Shown here piece after piece: positions 49,086 through 59,163 of a stretch of DNA of 64,000 nt (the stretch's first letter is position 1; each line of letters begins with the position of its first letter). The notes beneath the pieces are model-generated. The model had not been told where the DNA came from. It worked only from the letters and a program-made list of their open reading frames with translations, and did no database searches. This stretch comes from Syntrophorhabdaceae bacterium (lineage in GTDB: Bacteria; Desulfobacterota; Syntrophorhabdia; Syntrophorhabdales; Syntrophorhabdaceae). Where the stretch lies: NCBI GenBank assembly GCA_963665295.1, contig OY762209.1, positions 256,001-320,000 of the forward strand, written 5' to 3'. The position numbers were made by a program, and so were the translations under genes.

Positions 49086-50375
49086 ATGATGAGCGACGGA
49101 AAAAGATCCGCCCCCGGGCGCGCCGATGCCTGGGGCATGAAGGAAAAATACTTTCACAGCCTGGGTGCCCTCCTTCTTGAGGAAGGACGCCTTGACGAAG
49201 CCATGGAAGCATTGCGCTCGGCCCTTGCCCTCGATGAGACTTCATACGCCCGTTACGACCTCGCCATGGCCCATCTCAAGAAGGGCGAAACCGGCAAGGC
49301 CCTCTGCGAATTGGACCGCGCAATAGAACTGGAGCCCTCGGCTCCCGAATACCGTTACGAGAGAAGCCTCATAACGCGCGCGACGGACAATCCTGATTGC
49401 CCATCCCCGGACCTCGTGAGGGCCGTTGAACTGGACCCCAACTACGGGCGCATAGATGATATCAGATCGGCCTCGGAGACGGTGCGCAGAGGATTTTCCG
49501 ATCCAGAAATGCGGGAGTGGTGCGACGAGGTTGACGCCGCCGACCCCGAACTTCGATCAGTGGTTCTCGGCCTGGAAGAGTCGCTCCGCACCCTCTATGA
49601 GATCGAAACCGCCTCATCCTGTCCGATCACACTCTGCCCGGCCTATTGCTGCCATTTCACCGGTCACCCCGTGCGCCACGGGCTGACCCTCGGGGCCTGG
49701 AAACTCCGCTCCATAAGGGCGCTTCTGAAGGAAGAGGGGCTTTCCGAGGAAGACTTTCTTGAGCGCCTGCCTTTTCATGGAGAGGAGTACCTGGAGAGAC
49801 TCGTCCCGCCCCACCATATACTGAAAGAAAAGGGGGGACAATTCATCTTCTCTCCAAAAAGAGGAGTGGACGGACTCGACGAAGCCCTCCTCAGGGACCT
49901 TCCCCGAGGGCAGAGTTACCAGACCCTCATGTGGACCAACGGGCGCGCCCGGGCGTGCGCCTTCCTCAGGGAGAGGAGGTGCGCCATTCACGACACGGGC
50001 GACGAAGCCGCCCTCCCCGCGTGCAAGCAGTTCCTCTGCCTCACCGGTTTCGTCTTCGTCATACTCGAACATCTCGGTATGTCCGACCGGGCCCTCCTCG
50101 CAGGGAGAAGCATGAGGGACATGAACGGGATTGCCGTGGAAGCCCTCCTCGTCCTTTCCCGCTCGTTTTACGCCCATCCGGGGCTCACTGCATCCAAAAG
50201 GGCCGCAAAGGAGGCGCTGAAGGCCGCGGCGGAAGCGGACAGGACCGGTGATTACGAGGCGCTGAGAGCAAGGATCGCCGAATACCGGCGCCTTGCGGGA
50301 GCCTCGGAAGAAATGGCCGCGGTTCTCAGGAAGGAAACGGGAAGGGCTGTCCGGAGACTCCTCGACCCCCTGTAA
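49086..50375 (+). CDS. TPR protein fused to a YkgJ/CxxCxxCC-like cysteine-cluster domain
   Basis: TPRs (AIELEP); CPITLCPAYCC...CAFL...CAIH...PACKQFLC; start uncertain. Confidence 0.7.
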   Translation: MMSDGKRSAPGRADAWGMKEKYFHSLGALLLEEGRLDEAMEALRSALALDETSYARYDLAMAHLKKGETGKALCELDRAIELEPSAPEYRYERSLITRATDNPDCPSPDLVRAVELDPNYGRIDDIRSASETVRRGFSDPEMREWCDEVDAADPELRSVVLGLEESLRTLYEIETASSCPITLCPAYCCHFTGHPVRHGLTLGAWKLRSIRALLKEEGLSEEDFLERLPFHGEEYLERLVPPHHILKEKGGQFIFSPKRGVDGLDEALLRDLPRGQSYQTLMWTNGRARACAFLRERRCAIHDTGDEAALPACKQFLCLTGFVFVILEHLGMSDRALLAGRSMRDMNGIAVEALLVLSRSFYAHPGLTASKRAAKEALKAAAEADRTGDYEALRARIAEYRRLAGASEEMAAVLRKETGRAVRRLLDPL

Positions 50376-50411
50376 GGGAGCGGTTTGCCTGCGGGCGTTG
50401 CCCTTTGCCCA

Positions 50412-51941
50412 TCAGTTCGTCTCGAACCGAATACCCTGGGCGAGGGTCAGATCCTGGGACCAGTTGATTGTGCAGGTCTGACGACGCATATATGACTTCC
50501 ACACATCCGACCCCGCTTCCCGGCCGCCCCCTGTTTCCTTCTCACCGCCGAAGGCGCCGCCTATTTCCGCGCCCGAGGTGCCTATGTTCACACAGGCGAT
50601 ACCGCAGTCCGAGCCTCTCTGGCTCAGGAACAACTCCGCTTCTCTGAGGTCATTGGTAAAAATCGACGAGGAAAGGCCCTGGGGGACGGCATTGTGAAGC
50701 CGGATGGCCTCTTCCAGCGTATCGTAACGGATGAGGTAGAGAATGGGCGCAAAGGTCTCTTCGCGGACTATGGGAAGGTCCGCCGGCGCCTCCGCGATGC
50801 ACGGCTTCACATAGGTCCCCGCCTGGTACCCCTCTCCTGAAAGGATGTCGCCTCCATAGAGTATCCGCCCACCCTGTTTTTCCAGGGTCAGAAGGGCGGC
50901 CTGCATGGTGTCCACCGCGTCCCGGTCCACAAGAGGCCCCATGAGGGTCGCCTCTTCAAGAGGATTTCCGATGGTGACCTGCTTGTACGCCTCAATCAGG
51001 GCCTGCGTAAGGGCCCGGTGGATGCTTTCGTGGACGATCACGCGCCGCGTGGAGGTACACCGCTGGCCCGCGGTGCCCACGGCCCCGAAGAGAATGGCCC
51101 GCGCCGCGAGTCTGAGGTCCGCGCTCGGGGTGACGATGACCGCGTTGTTGCCGCCGAGTTCGAGGAGGGTTCTCCCCAACCGCCCCTTCACCGTCTGACC
51201 GATGCGGCGGCCCATGCGCACGCTGCCGGTAAAAGAGATGAGAGGGACGCGGGTGTCACGGATAAGCATCTCCCCCACCGTATCTCCCCTGCCGATGAGG
51301 ATGCTCAGAATCCCTTCGGGGAGGCCGCTTTCCTTGAGCACGGCCCAGGCGATCTTCATCACCGCGATGGCGGAGAGGGGGACCTTCGAGGAAGGCTTCC
51401 AGATCACCGTATCTCCCGCGATCAAGGCGAGCATGGCGTTCCACGCCCAGACAGCCACAGGGAAGTTGAAGGCGGTGATCACCCCCACAGGACCCAGGGG
51501 GTGCCACTGCTCGTACATGCGATGGCCCGGCCGCTCGCTGTGCATGGAAAGGCCGTAGAGCATCCGTGACTGGCCTACTGCAAGGTCGGCCATGTCAATC
51601 ATCTCCTGGACCTCGCCCTCGCCCTCGGCCCTGATCTTGCCCGTCTCCAGGCTCACGAGGGCGCCCAAATCCCTCTTGTGTTTCCGCAAGGCGTCGCCCA
51701 GCTTTCTCACGATCTCACCCCTCTTCGGGGCGGGTACCATACGCCACTGCTCGAAGGCGTGGGTGGCGCGATGTATCACGTGCTCGTATTCCTCCGTGCT
51801 TGCGGAACGGACCTTCCCCATCACCCGCCCGCTCACAGGGGACAGGGATTCCAGTATATCACCGCCGCAAAGGAGCCAGGACCCCCCGCCCGCCCCCGAC
51901 AGTTCGCCCGACAGTCCCAGTTTCTTCATAGTCTCTTCCAT
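50412..51941 (-). CDS. aldehyde dehydrogenase, ALDH7 / piperideine-6-carboxylate dehydrogenase-like
   Basis: ITAFNFPVAVW, LELGGNN, GTAGQRCT, SGAEIGGAFGGEK. Confidence 0.93.
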   Translation of the reverse strand: MEETMKKLGLSGELSGAGGGSWLLCGGDILESLSPVSGRVMGKVRSASTEEYEHVIHRATHAFEQWRMVPAPKRGEIVRKLGDALRKHKRDLGALVSLETGKIRAEGEGEVQEMIDMADLAVGQSRMLYGLSMHSERPGHRMYEQWHPLGPVGVITAFNFPVAVWAWNAMLALIAGDTVIWKPSSKVPLSAIAVMKIAWAVLKESGLPEGILSILIGRGDTVGEMLIRDTRVPLISFTGSVRMGRRIGQTVKGRLGRTLLELGGNNAVIVTPSADLRLAARAILFGAVGTAGQRCTSTRRVIVHESIHRALTQALIEAYKQVTIGNPLEEATLMGPLVDRDAVDTMQAALLTLEKQGGRILYGGDILSGEGYQAGTYVKPCIAEAPADLPIVREETFAPILYLIRYDTLEEAIRLHNAVPQGLSSSIFTNDLREAELFLSQRGSDCGIACVNIGTSGAEIGGAFGGEKETGGGREAGSDVWKSYMRRQTCTINWSQDLTLAQGIRFETN

Positions 51942-52045
51942 AGTTCCTCCCGATCAGCAATACATAAGTATATATATTCACGCAGCAGGAGGATATCAAG
52001 AACGGGTTTTTCTGTTGTTTGTCTATATTCGGCGTACACTTGGAC

Positions 52046-52201
52046 GGATCGCCGCACGGGACGAAAACGCTATATAGGCCGCTCTGCAAAGGGAGGCGTG
52101 CTCTGGCGTATGAATATACGCCGACGCCCAGCCTCCCTTCACAGCCCAACCTATCTAGCGTCTCCGCCCCGTGCGACGATCCACTCGACCCGGCAACAAT
52201 T
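52046..52201 (-). repeat. long hairpin repeat element, copy B
   Basis: Reverse complement of 34456-34612 with compensatory changes in the outer stem. Confidence 0.85.
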
Positions 52202-52217
52202 AATCAAAAGAGCTAAT

Positions 52218-52424
52218 GATGCCGGGAGATTTGCACCAGAGGAGAGGCAGGCCTACCGGCGTAGGAGCAGAGTGTACAAAGGCCCCGCCCACGGAATGGA
52301 AACTCCTCACAGCCCAGGGATGGAACACCCCGTCCATGGATTGGAAACCCCGGGGGTACCACCATGGGGCCCCCGACTTGGGTGCAACCCTTCGCTGATC
52401 CAACTGGTCGTTATTTCCGGCATC
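52218..52424. ncRNA. candidate structured ncRNA with GGA-loop hairpins
   Basis: Closing stems GATGCCGG/CCGGCATC and TTGCACC/GGTGCAA; CCA-CGGAA-TGG, CCA-GGGA-TGG and TCCA-TGGAT-TGGA hairpins. Confidence 0.45.
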
Positions 52425-52447
52425 GATTGATTAAAATAAATAAGATG

Positions 52448-52604
52448 TGCCGGGTGGAGTAGGTGGGGGCATGGAGGGGAGGTTTCAGATGGGCTGCTCT
52501 GTGAAGGGGTGTGGCCTGGAGCCGTACTTAATGTACGGAGGAAGGCTCGCCCCTTTGCAGAGGGGTCCATATGGAGCTTTCCCTTTATGCCCACTCCTAT
52601 CCAC
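52448..52604 (+). repeat. long hairpin repeat element, diverged copy C
   Basis: Shares GCCGGG..TTCAGAT.GG..CTGTGAAGGG..CCCTTTGCAGAG..ATATGGAGC with copy A; arms differ in sequence but still pair. Confidence 0.7.
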
Positions 52605-52746
52605 TAAAACAATTCACTTCAACCGCTCGTGACACCCCACTCTCCAAGGCTCTACCCCCTTGTCGTCTCCTCGCAGTGGACGAGGACTCCTTGACATGGC
52701 TTCAACAAGTCATATAGTTCACTATGACATAGCAAAGGAGGAACTC

Positions 52747-53376
52747 ATGAATATTCACGGATTGCTCACGCCCGCGGATTGTGCGCTGGCACTTATCGAC
52801 TACCAGCCGGCCATGTTTTCGGGGGTCCACTCCCATGACCGGGGCGCCATCGTCCGGAACGTTCAGATCGTGGGCAAGGCCGCAATGCTCTTCCAGGTGC
52901 CGACGATCATCTCCACCGTTGCCGCCACAAGTTTCAGCGGCGCCATGATCCCCGAGGTCATGGACATCTTCGAGGGCCGCCGGCCGATCGACCGGACGTC
53001 CATCAACGCCTGGCTCGACAAGGCGTTCAAAGAGGCGGTCGAGAAGACGGGCCGGAAAAAGATCGTGGTAGCAGGGCTCTGGACCGAGGCGTGCGTATTG
53101 TTCCCTGCCATCGATATGCTCCAGGCCGGTTACGAGGTTTACGTACCCACCGACGCCTGCGGAGACATCAGTGAAGAGGCTCACGAACGGGCGGTGCAGA
53201 GGCTTGTCCAGGCAGGGGCGGCGCCCATCACCTCCCTCCAGTTCCTCTTCGAACTTCAGCAGGATTGGGGGCGCTCCGAGACGTACCAGGGCTGCATGGA
53301 CATCATGGAGGCCCATTCTCCTTACGGCATAGAGGTCCGCTTCGTAAAGGAGTTCCTCGGCGGCCACGGCGGATAG
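52747..53376 (+). CDS. isochorismatase-family hydrolase (YcaC-like)
   Basis: LIDYQP, DRTSINAW, GLWTEAC, ELQQDW. Confidence 0.92.
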   Translation: MNIHGLLTPADCALALIDYQPAMFSGVHSHDRGAIVRNVQIVGKAAMLFQVPTIISTVAATSFSGAMIPEVMDIFEGRRPIDRTSINAWLDKAFKEAVEKTGRKKIVVAGLWTEACVLFPAIDMLQAGYEVYVPTDACGDISEEAHERAVQRLVQAGAAPITSLQFLFELQQDWGRSETYQGCMDIMEAHSPYGIEVRFVKEFLGGHGG

Positions 53377-53469
53377 GCGCGGCGCAGGGCGCGCCCGTTA
53401 TTTCCGTTCCGGCCGCATACCCGCAAGCGCCCCGGTCATCGCAGCACATGATAAAGGAGACAGAAGAAC

Positions 53470-55284
53470 ATGAATGGACCCGAACTTATTCTCCACAATG
53501 GAGTTGTGACAACCCTCGATGAGAGGCATCCCGGGGCCTCGGCCGTGTCCATGGCAGGGGGACGGGTCGTTGCCGTCGGCGGAGAAGAGCTTCTCGCGGC
53601 GGCGGACGGGACAACCCTCAAAGTTGACCTCAGGGGGCGACGGGTCATCCCGGGCCTCAACGATTCCCACATCCACATAATCCGGGGCGGGCTCAACTAC
53701 AACATGGAACTGCGCTGGGACGGCGTTCCTTCCCTTGCCGACGCCCTCGCCATGCTCCGGGAACAGGCGGCTCGCACGCCTCCGCCCCAGTGGGTACGGG
53801 TAGTGGGCGGCTGGACGGAGTTCCAGTTTGCCGAGGGCCGCATGCCTACCGTGGAAGAGATCAACCGGGCGGCCCCCGACACTCCGGTCTTTATCCTGCA
53901 CCTCTACGACCGCGCCATCGTCAATGGGGCGGCGCTCAGGGCCCTTGGCTATACCCGGGAGACCCCCGACCCGACGGGCGGCGAGATTGAGCGGGACAGG
54001 ACGGGAAACCCGACGGGCCTTCTCATTGCAAAGCCGAACGCCATGATCCTCTATGCGAGTCTCGCCAAAGGACCGCGACTGACCCGCGACGATCAGGTCA
54101 ACTCCACGCGCAGGTTCATGCGGGAGTTGAACCGGCTCGGACTCACCAGCGCCATAGACGCGGGCGGAGGCTTTCAGAACTACCCCGAGGACTATCAGGT
54201 AATCGAAGAACTCGCAAAAAACGGACAGCTTACCGTCCGTATTGCCTATAACCTCTTCACTCAGCATCCGGGCGGCGAATTGGCGGACTTTTCCCGGTGG
54301 ATCACCACGACATCTCCAGGCCGGGGCGACGATTACTACCATATGAACGGGGCCGGCGAGATGCTCGTCTTCTCGGCTGCCGATTTCGAGGATTTTCTCG
54401 AACCGCGACCGGACCTTTCTCCCACCCTTGAGGAGGAACTCTTTCAAGTGGTCCGCCTTCTCGTGGAAAAACGCTGGCCCTTCCGGCTCCATGCCACTTA
54501 TGACGAATCCATCGAACGGTTCCTCAATATCTTCGAATCCGTGGACCGTGAGGTCCCCTTCGGGGGGCTGCGGTGGTTCTTCGACCACGCGGAAACCATC
54601 ACCCTCCGAAACCTCGACAGGGTAAAGGCTCTCGGCGGAGGTATCGCCATCCAGGATCGCATGGCGTTTCAGGGAGAATACTTCCAGGCGCGATACGGAA
54701 AGGAGGCGACAGGACACACCCCGCCCGTGAGGCGGATGATGGAAATGGGGATCCCTGTCGGCGCAGGGACCGATGCGACCCGGGTGGCAAGCTACAACCC
54801 GTGGGTCTCTCTTTACTGGCTGGTGAGCGGCCGGACCGTGGGCGGCAGCCTTCTCTATTCCGAAACAGACCGCCTCGACCGGATGGAGGCGCTCCGCCTC
54901 TATACCATGGGGAGCAGCTGGTTTTCCCATGACGAGGAGAAGAAGGGCATGATCTCGCCCGGCCGGCTCGCGGATATGGCAGTGCTTTCCGCGGACTACT
55001 TCACCGTGCCGGAGGAGGAGATCAAAGGGATTGAATCGGTCCTCACCATCCTGGGGGGCAAGGTCGTGTACGGCGCAGAGGAATTCGGGAGTCTCGCACC
55101 CCCTCCCTTGCCTGTCAGCCCGAACTGGTCGCCCACAGGGACTTACGGAGGGTATCACCGCCATAAGGCAGCCCCTGCCCACGGATTATGTCGTGGGACG
55201 TGTGAATGCCATGACCACAAACGGGTCTGGTTGCCGGAAGAATCCCGGTTCTGGGGGATCGGCTGTGACTGTTTCGCATTCTGA
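53470..55284 (+). CDS. YtcJ-like amidohydrolase
   Basis: PGLNDSHIH, RLHATY, DHAE, GTDATRV, C-terminal WGIGCDCFAF. Confidence 0.92.
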   Translation: MNGPELILHNGVVTTLDERHPGASAVSMAGGRVVAVGGEELLAAADGTTLKVDLRGRRVIPGLNDSHIHIIRGGLNYNMELRWDGVPSLADALAMLREQAARTPPPQWVRVVGGWTEFQFAEGRMPTVEEINRAAPDTPVFILHLYDRAIVNGAALRALGYTRETPDPTGGEIERDRTGNPTGLLIAKPNAMILYASLAKGPRLTRDDQVNSTRRFMRELNRLGLTSAIDAGGGFQNYPEDYQVIEELAKNGQLTVRIAYNLFTQHPGGELADFSRWITTTSPGRGDDYYHMNGAGEMLVFSAADFEDFLEPRPDLSPTLEEELFQVVRLLVEKRWPFRLHATYDESIERFLNIFESVDREVPFGGLRWFFDHAETITLRNLDRVKALGGGIAIQDRMAFQGEYFQARYGKEATGHTPPVRRMMEMGIPVGAGTDATRVASYNPWVSLYWLVSGRTVGGSLLYSETDRLDRMEALRLYTMGSSWFSHDEEKKGMISPGRLADMAVLSADYFTVPEEEIKGIESVLTILGGKVVYGAEEFGSLAPPPLPVSPNWSPTGTYGGYHRHKAAPAHGLCRGTCECHDHKRVWLPEESRFWGIGCDCFAF

Positions 55285-55328
55285 AGGTCGGCCCGGCCGC
55301 TCACGACATCAATAATCCGGAGGTAATC

Positions 55329-56237
55329 ATGGACTCAGTCCGCAAGGTAAGCAAAGTCTGGAAAAGCAAACCAACTATCGAGGGGGCGGGGGTCCACCTG
55401 AAGCGGGCCTTCGGCTACCACCAGGTACCCCTCTTCGACCCCTTCCTCATGCTCGACGATTTCCATTCCAACAAACCCGCCCAATACCTTAAAGGGTTCC
55501 CATGGCACCCCCACCGGGGGATCGAGACGATCACCTATATCCTTCACGGCAGCGTGGAACACGGCGACAGCATGGGAAACAGAGGGGTTATCAACCCGGG
55601 CGATGTGCAGTGGATGACCGCAGGAAGCGGCATCATCCACCAGGAAATGCCCAAGGGCAACGATGACGGCCATATGTGGGGTTTCCAGTTCTGGGCGAAC
55701 CTTCCCGCATCCCATAAGATGATGGAGCCCCGCTACCGTGGGGTCGTAAAAGCGGACATCCCGGAGGTGATCCTCGATGGCGGCATCCGGGTAAGGGTCA
55801 TTTGCGGCGAGGCAGTCGGTGTGAAGGGACCGGTGCGCGACATTATCATCGACCCCACGTGTCTGGACGTGACCATGCCGCGGGGAACGACCTTTATTCA
55901 TCCCATAAAGCGGGGCCACAAGGCCTTTGCCTATGTGCTCGACGGGCAGGCCTATTTCGACCCGGAACGAAACGCTTTTGCTCACGAGGTGGTGGGGACG
56001 AACTATTTCGACATGAACCGGCAGTGCGCCTGCAGCGAGGAAAATATCGTTCTTTATGAAGACGGCGACAAAGTGGTCATCCGCACCGAGGAAAGGCCGG
56101 CCCGGTTTCTTCTCGCCGCCGGCCGTCCCATCGGAGAGCCGGTGGCCTGGTACGGCCCCATAGTGATGAACAGCCGGGAGGAACTTCAGGCCGCCTTCGA
56201 GGAGTATGAGTCGGGGACATTCATCAAAAGTAAATGA
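55329..56237 (+). CDS. pirin family protein
   Basis: DPFLMLD, GFPWHPHRGIET, WMTAGSGIIHQE, GPIVMN. Confidence 0.95.
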   Translation: MDSVRKVSKVWKSKPTIEGAGVHLKRAFGYHQVPLFDPFLMLDDFHSNKPAQYLKGFPWHPHRGIETITYILHGSVEHGDSMGNRGVINPGDVQWMTAGSGIIHQEMPKGNDDGHMWGFQFWANLPASHKMMEPRYRGVVKADIPEVILDGGIRVRVICGEAVGVKGPVRDIIIDPTCLDVTMPRGTTFIHPIKRGHKAFAYVLDGQAYFDPERNAFAHEVVGTNYFDMNRQCACSEENIVLYEDGDKVVIRTEERPARFLLAAGRPIGEPVAWYGPIVMNSREELQAAFEEYESGTFIKSK

Positions 56238-56301
56238 CCCTTGAGGTACAGTGCCTTTCCCGTGTCTTGAGGGTCGTTCCCCCTTGAGGTGCCGGGGGCA
56301 T

Positions 56302-57566
56302 CTACTGCGCTCCCGCCTGTTTCACCGTGTAAGTCTTTGACGCCTTGTTCTGGTCGGCGATCACCTTGATGCTGCCGCTTCGCGAAGACCTGGCCGTATT
56401 TTCCCCTGCCGTGTAGTCTATCTCGCCCGCACCCGCGCCGGGTGTGCCGGAGTCGATGGTGATCCAGTCCTTGTTATCCGTCGCAGTAAAGGTACAGTCC
56501 GCGGGGTCGGCGGTTACGGTAAATGACCCCGGGCCCCCGCTCGCGGGGATGGAACCGGAGGAGGCGCTGAGGAGCAAAGTGCAGGGCTTTGCCTTCTGGG
56601 TTACGGTGAATTCCTTGTCCGCTACGGTCACCGTGCCGCTTCTGCCGGACGAACTGTCATTCAGGGGGACGGACACCTGCACCGATCCCTTGTTGTTCTG
56701 GAAGACAAAGGAGGAGAGGTCGATCCAATCTCCCTCTTTCGATATATCGGGGACAGCGCAGTTCGCGGGGCCGCTCCCCTGAGGAGCCTTTGCCGTTATA
56801 CTGACCTTCACGGTCCCCGCCTGATAATTGAAGGCTTTGCTCTTTCCGGAGATGGTGTAGGTACACGTAACGGCGTCAAAAGCCGCCCCCACGGATTTTG
56901 CCGCATTCACGACGACCTTGCATGTTCCCCGGCCCTTGCAGTCGCCCGACCAGCCCGAAAAGGTCGAACCCGCTGCCGGGGAGGCGGCGAGAGTCACGCG
57001 GGCATTCAACACATAGGTCGCGCGGCAGGTCTCACCGCAGTCGATGCCTGAAGGCGTCGAGATGACCGTGCCCGTGCCCGATCTCACTACGGTGAGGAGG
57101 TCCTTGAGCGCAGTCCGGAGGGAAAAAATGACGCCGCAACCCGAACCATCACAGCCCGATCCGCCCCCACGGTCCGTCATCCCGAATAGGGCGGAACCGG
57201 AGACGACAAGATCGGCCCGCGGCCACGCGCCGTGATAGGTCATCCCGTAGAGGGTGGAGCCCGAGAGAATAAGGCTCTCGGAGGGAGACGAGCCGTCCGT
57301 CGCGCCCCCCGTAAAGGTATGGCGGAGTTTGAACCCGCTCCCATTGGCGCTGAGAGAAAAGAGGGTCCCTTCCTGCAGATCGTCGCCCCCGGTCATGCCG
57401 TAAAAGGTCGTGCCCTTCCCGACCAGGTGGCCACGGGGCCGACCCCGTCCCTGTCTCCGCCCGTGAAGGAGTAAAGCACGGTTACGGGGTCGTCGCCGTA
57501 AGAGGGGACTGTCAATAACGCGAGAAGGAGAAACGCAAATACCGGAACCAGCCTTGGGACCTTCAT
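56302..57566 (-). pseudogene. frameshifted secreted protein (GloVer-like repeats, InlB-B-like module, BACON-like domains)
   Basis: Signal peptide MKVPRLV... lies in one frame and the body in another; shift at about 57435-57447; a repeat unit appears truncated near 57230. Confidence 0.7.
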
Positions 57567-57759
57567 GAGCAGCACTCCCGACCTCGCCGCCCCTTCGCAT
57601 TCACGGCAGGCGGCTTTCGATCGGCTAATCGGAGAACTGCGGAAGAGGTCTTCAAAAATATCAGCCGGAATGGGCGGCCCGATGACAGTCTCCGTCAGTA
57701 GCAAAATAATTGGTCACCGCGCAATTGTCAACCGGGGGTCGGGACGGGGAAAAGCGGGG

Positions 57760-58944
57760 TCAGCGCTGCCACCACCTGTTCGCGATAAAAATGGCGATAC
57801 CCTGCATGCAGAGCATGACCACCACGCACCCGAGCCATCCCGCGTGGGTCCAGAGCAAACCCGGCAGGATAGAACCGGCGAAGCCGCCCAGGTAATAAAA
57901 GGAGATGTAGAGGCCCGCGGCCGAGGAGCGGGCGTCATGGGCCGCCCTCCCTACGTGGCTCGCCGAGGCGGATTGGCAGGCAAAGACCCCCGAGGCTTCG
58001 AGGGCCAGTCCGGCAATGATGACCGGTACGGAGTGGACCAGGGTAAGCATCATGCCTAACGCGGATATCCCCACCGCCAGCATGAGCGCCTTCCGATGGC
58101 CTATGCGGTCCATGAGATGCCCCGCAGGAGGCGTGATCACTGCCCCGATCAGGTAGACTACGAATATTGACGCGAGCGCGGTAGGCCCGAGGAAGAAGGG
58201 CTTGTCGGCAAGGTAAAAGTTCACGTACGTAAATGCCCCTACCAGGCAAAAGAGGACATTGAACCCCACCGCATAGGTGGCGAGGAGCCGGGGGTTCCAA
58301 AGGTGCATGCGCATGGGCCGGAGACCCACGGCAACATTGCGCTGGCGGACAAACTTCGTGGACCGGGGAAGAAGCCACCATGTCACGAGGGCACCCGCGA
58401 AGGTAATGGAGCCGAGGATGATAAAAGGGGCCCGCCAACCCCACACGGCCGAAGAGAATCCCGCGATGAAGCGTCCCGCAAATCCGCCCACCACGCCCCC
58501 GGTGACGTAGGTCGCCATGATCGATCCCACCGACCTCACGGGAGACTCTTCACTGATGTAGGCGATGGTGACCGAGGCGATACCCGCCACGAAAAATCCC
58601 TGCAGGAAACGCCATACCACGAGTTGGCTCAGGTTGGCCGCGGTGGCTGCCAGGGCAGTGGGAACCGCGAGGCCCAGCATGGCGGCGATTATCACCCGCT
58701 TTCGTCCCACCGCATCGGCCACAAGACCGATCATGGAAGCGGTAAGGGCCACCGCCAGCACAGGGGCGCTCACCGTGAGGCTCACCATCAGTTCCGATGC
58801 CCGGAAGACATGCCGGAACTGGGGCAGGAGCGGTTGGGTGACGTAGAGATTGACGAAGGCGCTGAAACCGGTAATAAACAGGGCCATGAGGACCCCTGCC
58901 CGCCCGCGGACCGCTGTTCCTCCCTGAGGCGCAGGGTTTGTCAT
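57760..58944 (-). CDS. MFS transporter (YnfM-like)
   Basis: NLYVTQPLLP, ADAVGRKR, GLYISFYYLGG; start at MTNPAP. Confidence 0.9.
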   Translation of the reverse strand: MTNPAPQGGTAVRGRAGVLMALFITGFSAFVNLYVTQPLLPQFRHVFRASELMVSLTVSAPVLAVALTASMIGLVADAVGRKRVIIAAMLGLAVPTALAATAANLSQLVVWRFLQGFFVAGIASVTIAYISEESPVRSVGSIMATYVTGGVVGGFAGRFIAGFSSAVWGWRAPFIILGSITFAGALVTWWLLPRSTKFVRQRNVAVGLRPMRMHLWNPRLLATYAVGFNVLFCLVGAFTYVNFYLADKPFFLGPTALASIFVVYLIGAVITPPAGHLMDRIGHRKALMLAVGISALGMMLTLVHSVPVIIAGLALEASGVFACQSASASHVGRAAHDARSSAAGLYISFYYLGGFAGSILPGLLWTHAGWLGCVVVMLCMQGIAIFIANRWWQR

Positions 58945-59163
58945 GGGGTGTTCTGTGTCCGCTGTTCTCACTTTATCCGCCCGGCCCGAAGGGAGTGGTG
59001 TCCGTTCCCGTAGGCCAGTGGAAATACTATACAGCCCCGTGTGAAATGTCCAACCTATTATGGCGATGAAGACTCCTGCCCGTTCAAAGCCTGTCCCCTC
59101 GCCCGGGGATGAGGCCCCGGAAGAGCGCCTCCTCCCTGTTCGTGCGAATCGCAAAGTTGTATA

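Noticed and set aside
52218..52424. 6S RNA or a lysine riboswitch for the ALDH7-like gene
   Set aside because: Branched rather than rod-like, and lacks lysine-riboswitch motifs; kept only as an unclassified candidate.
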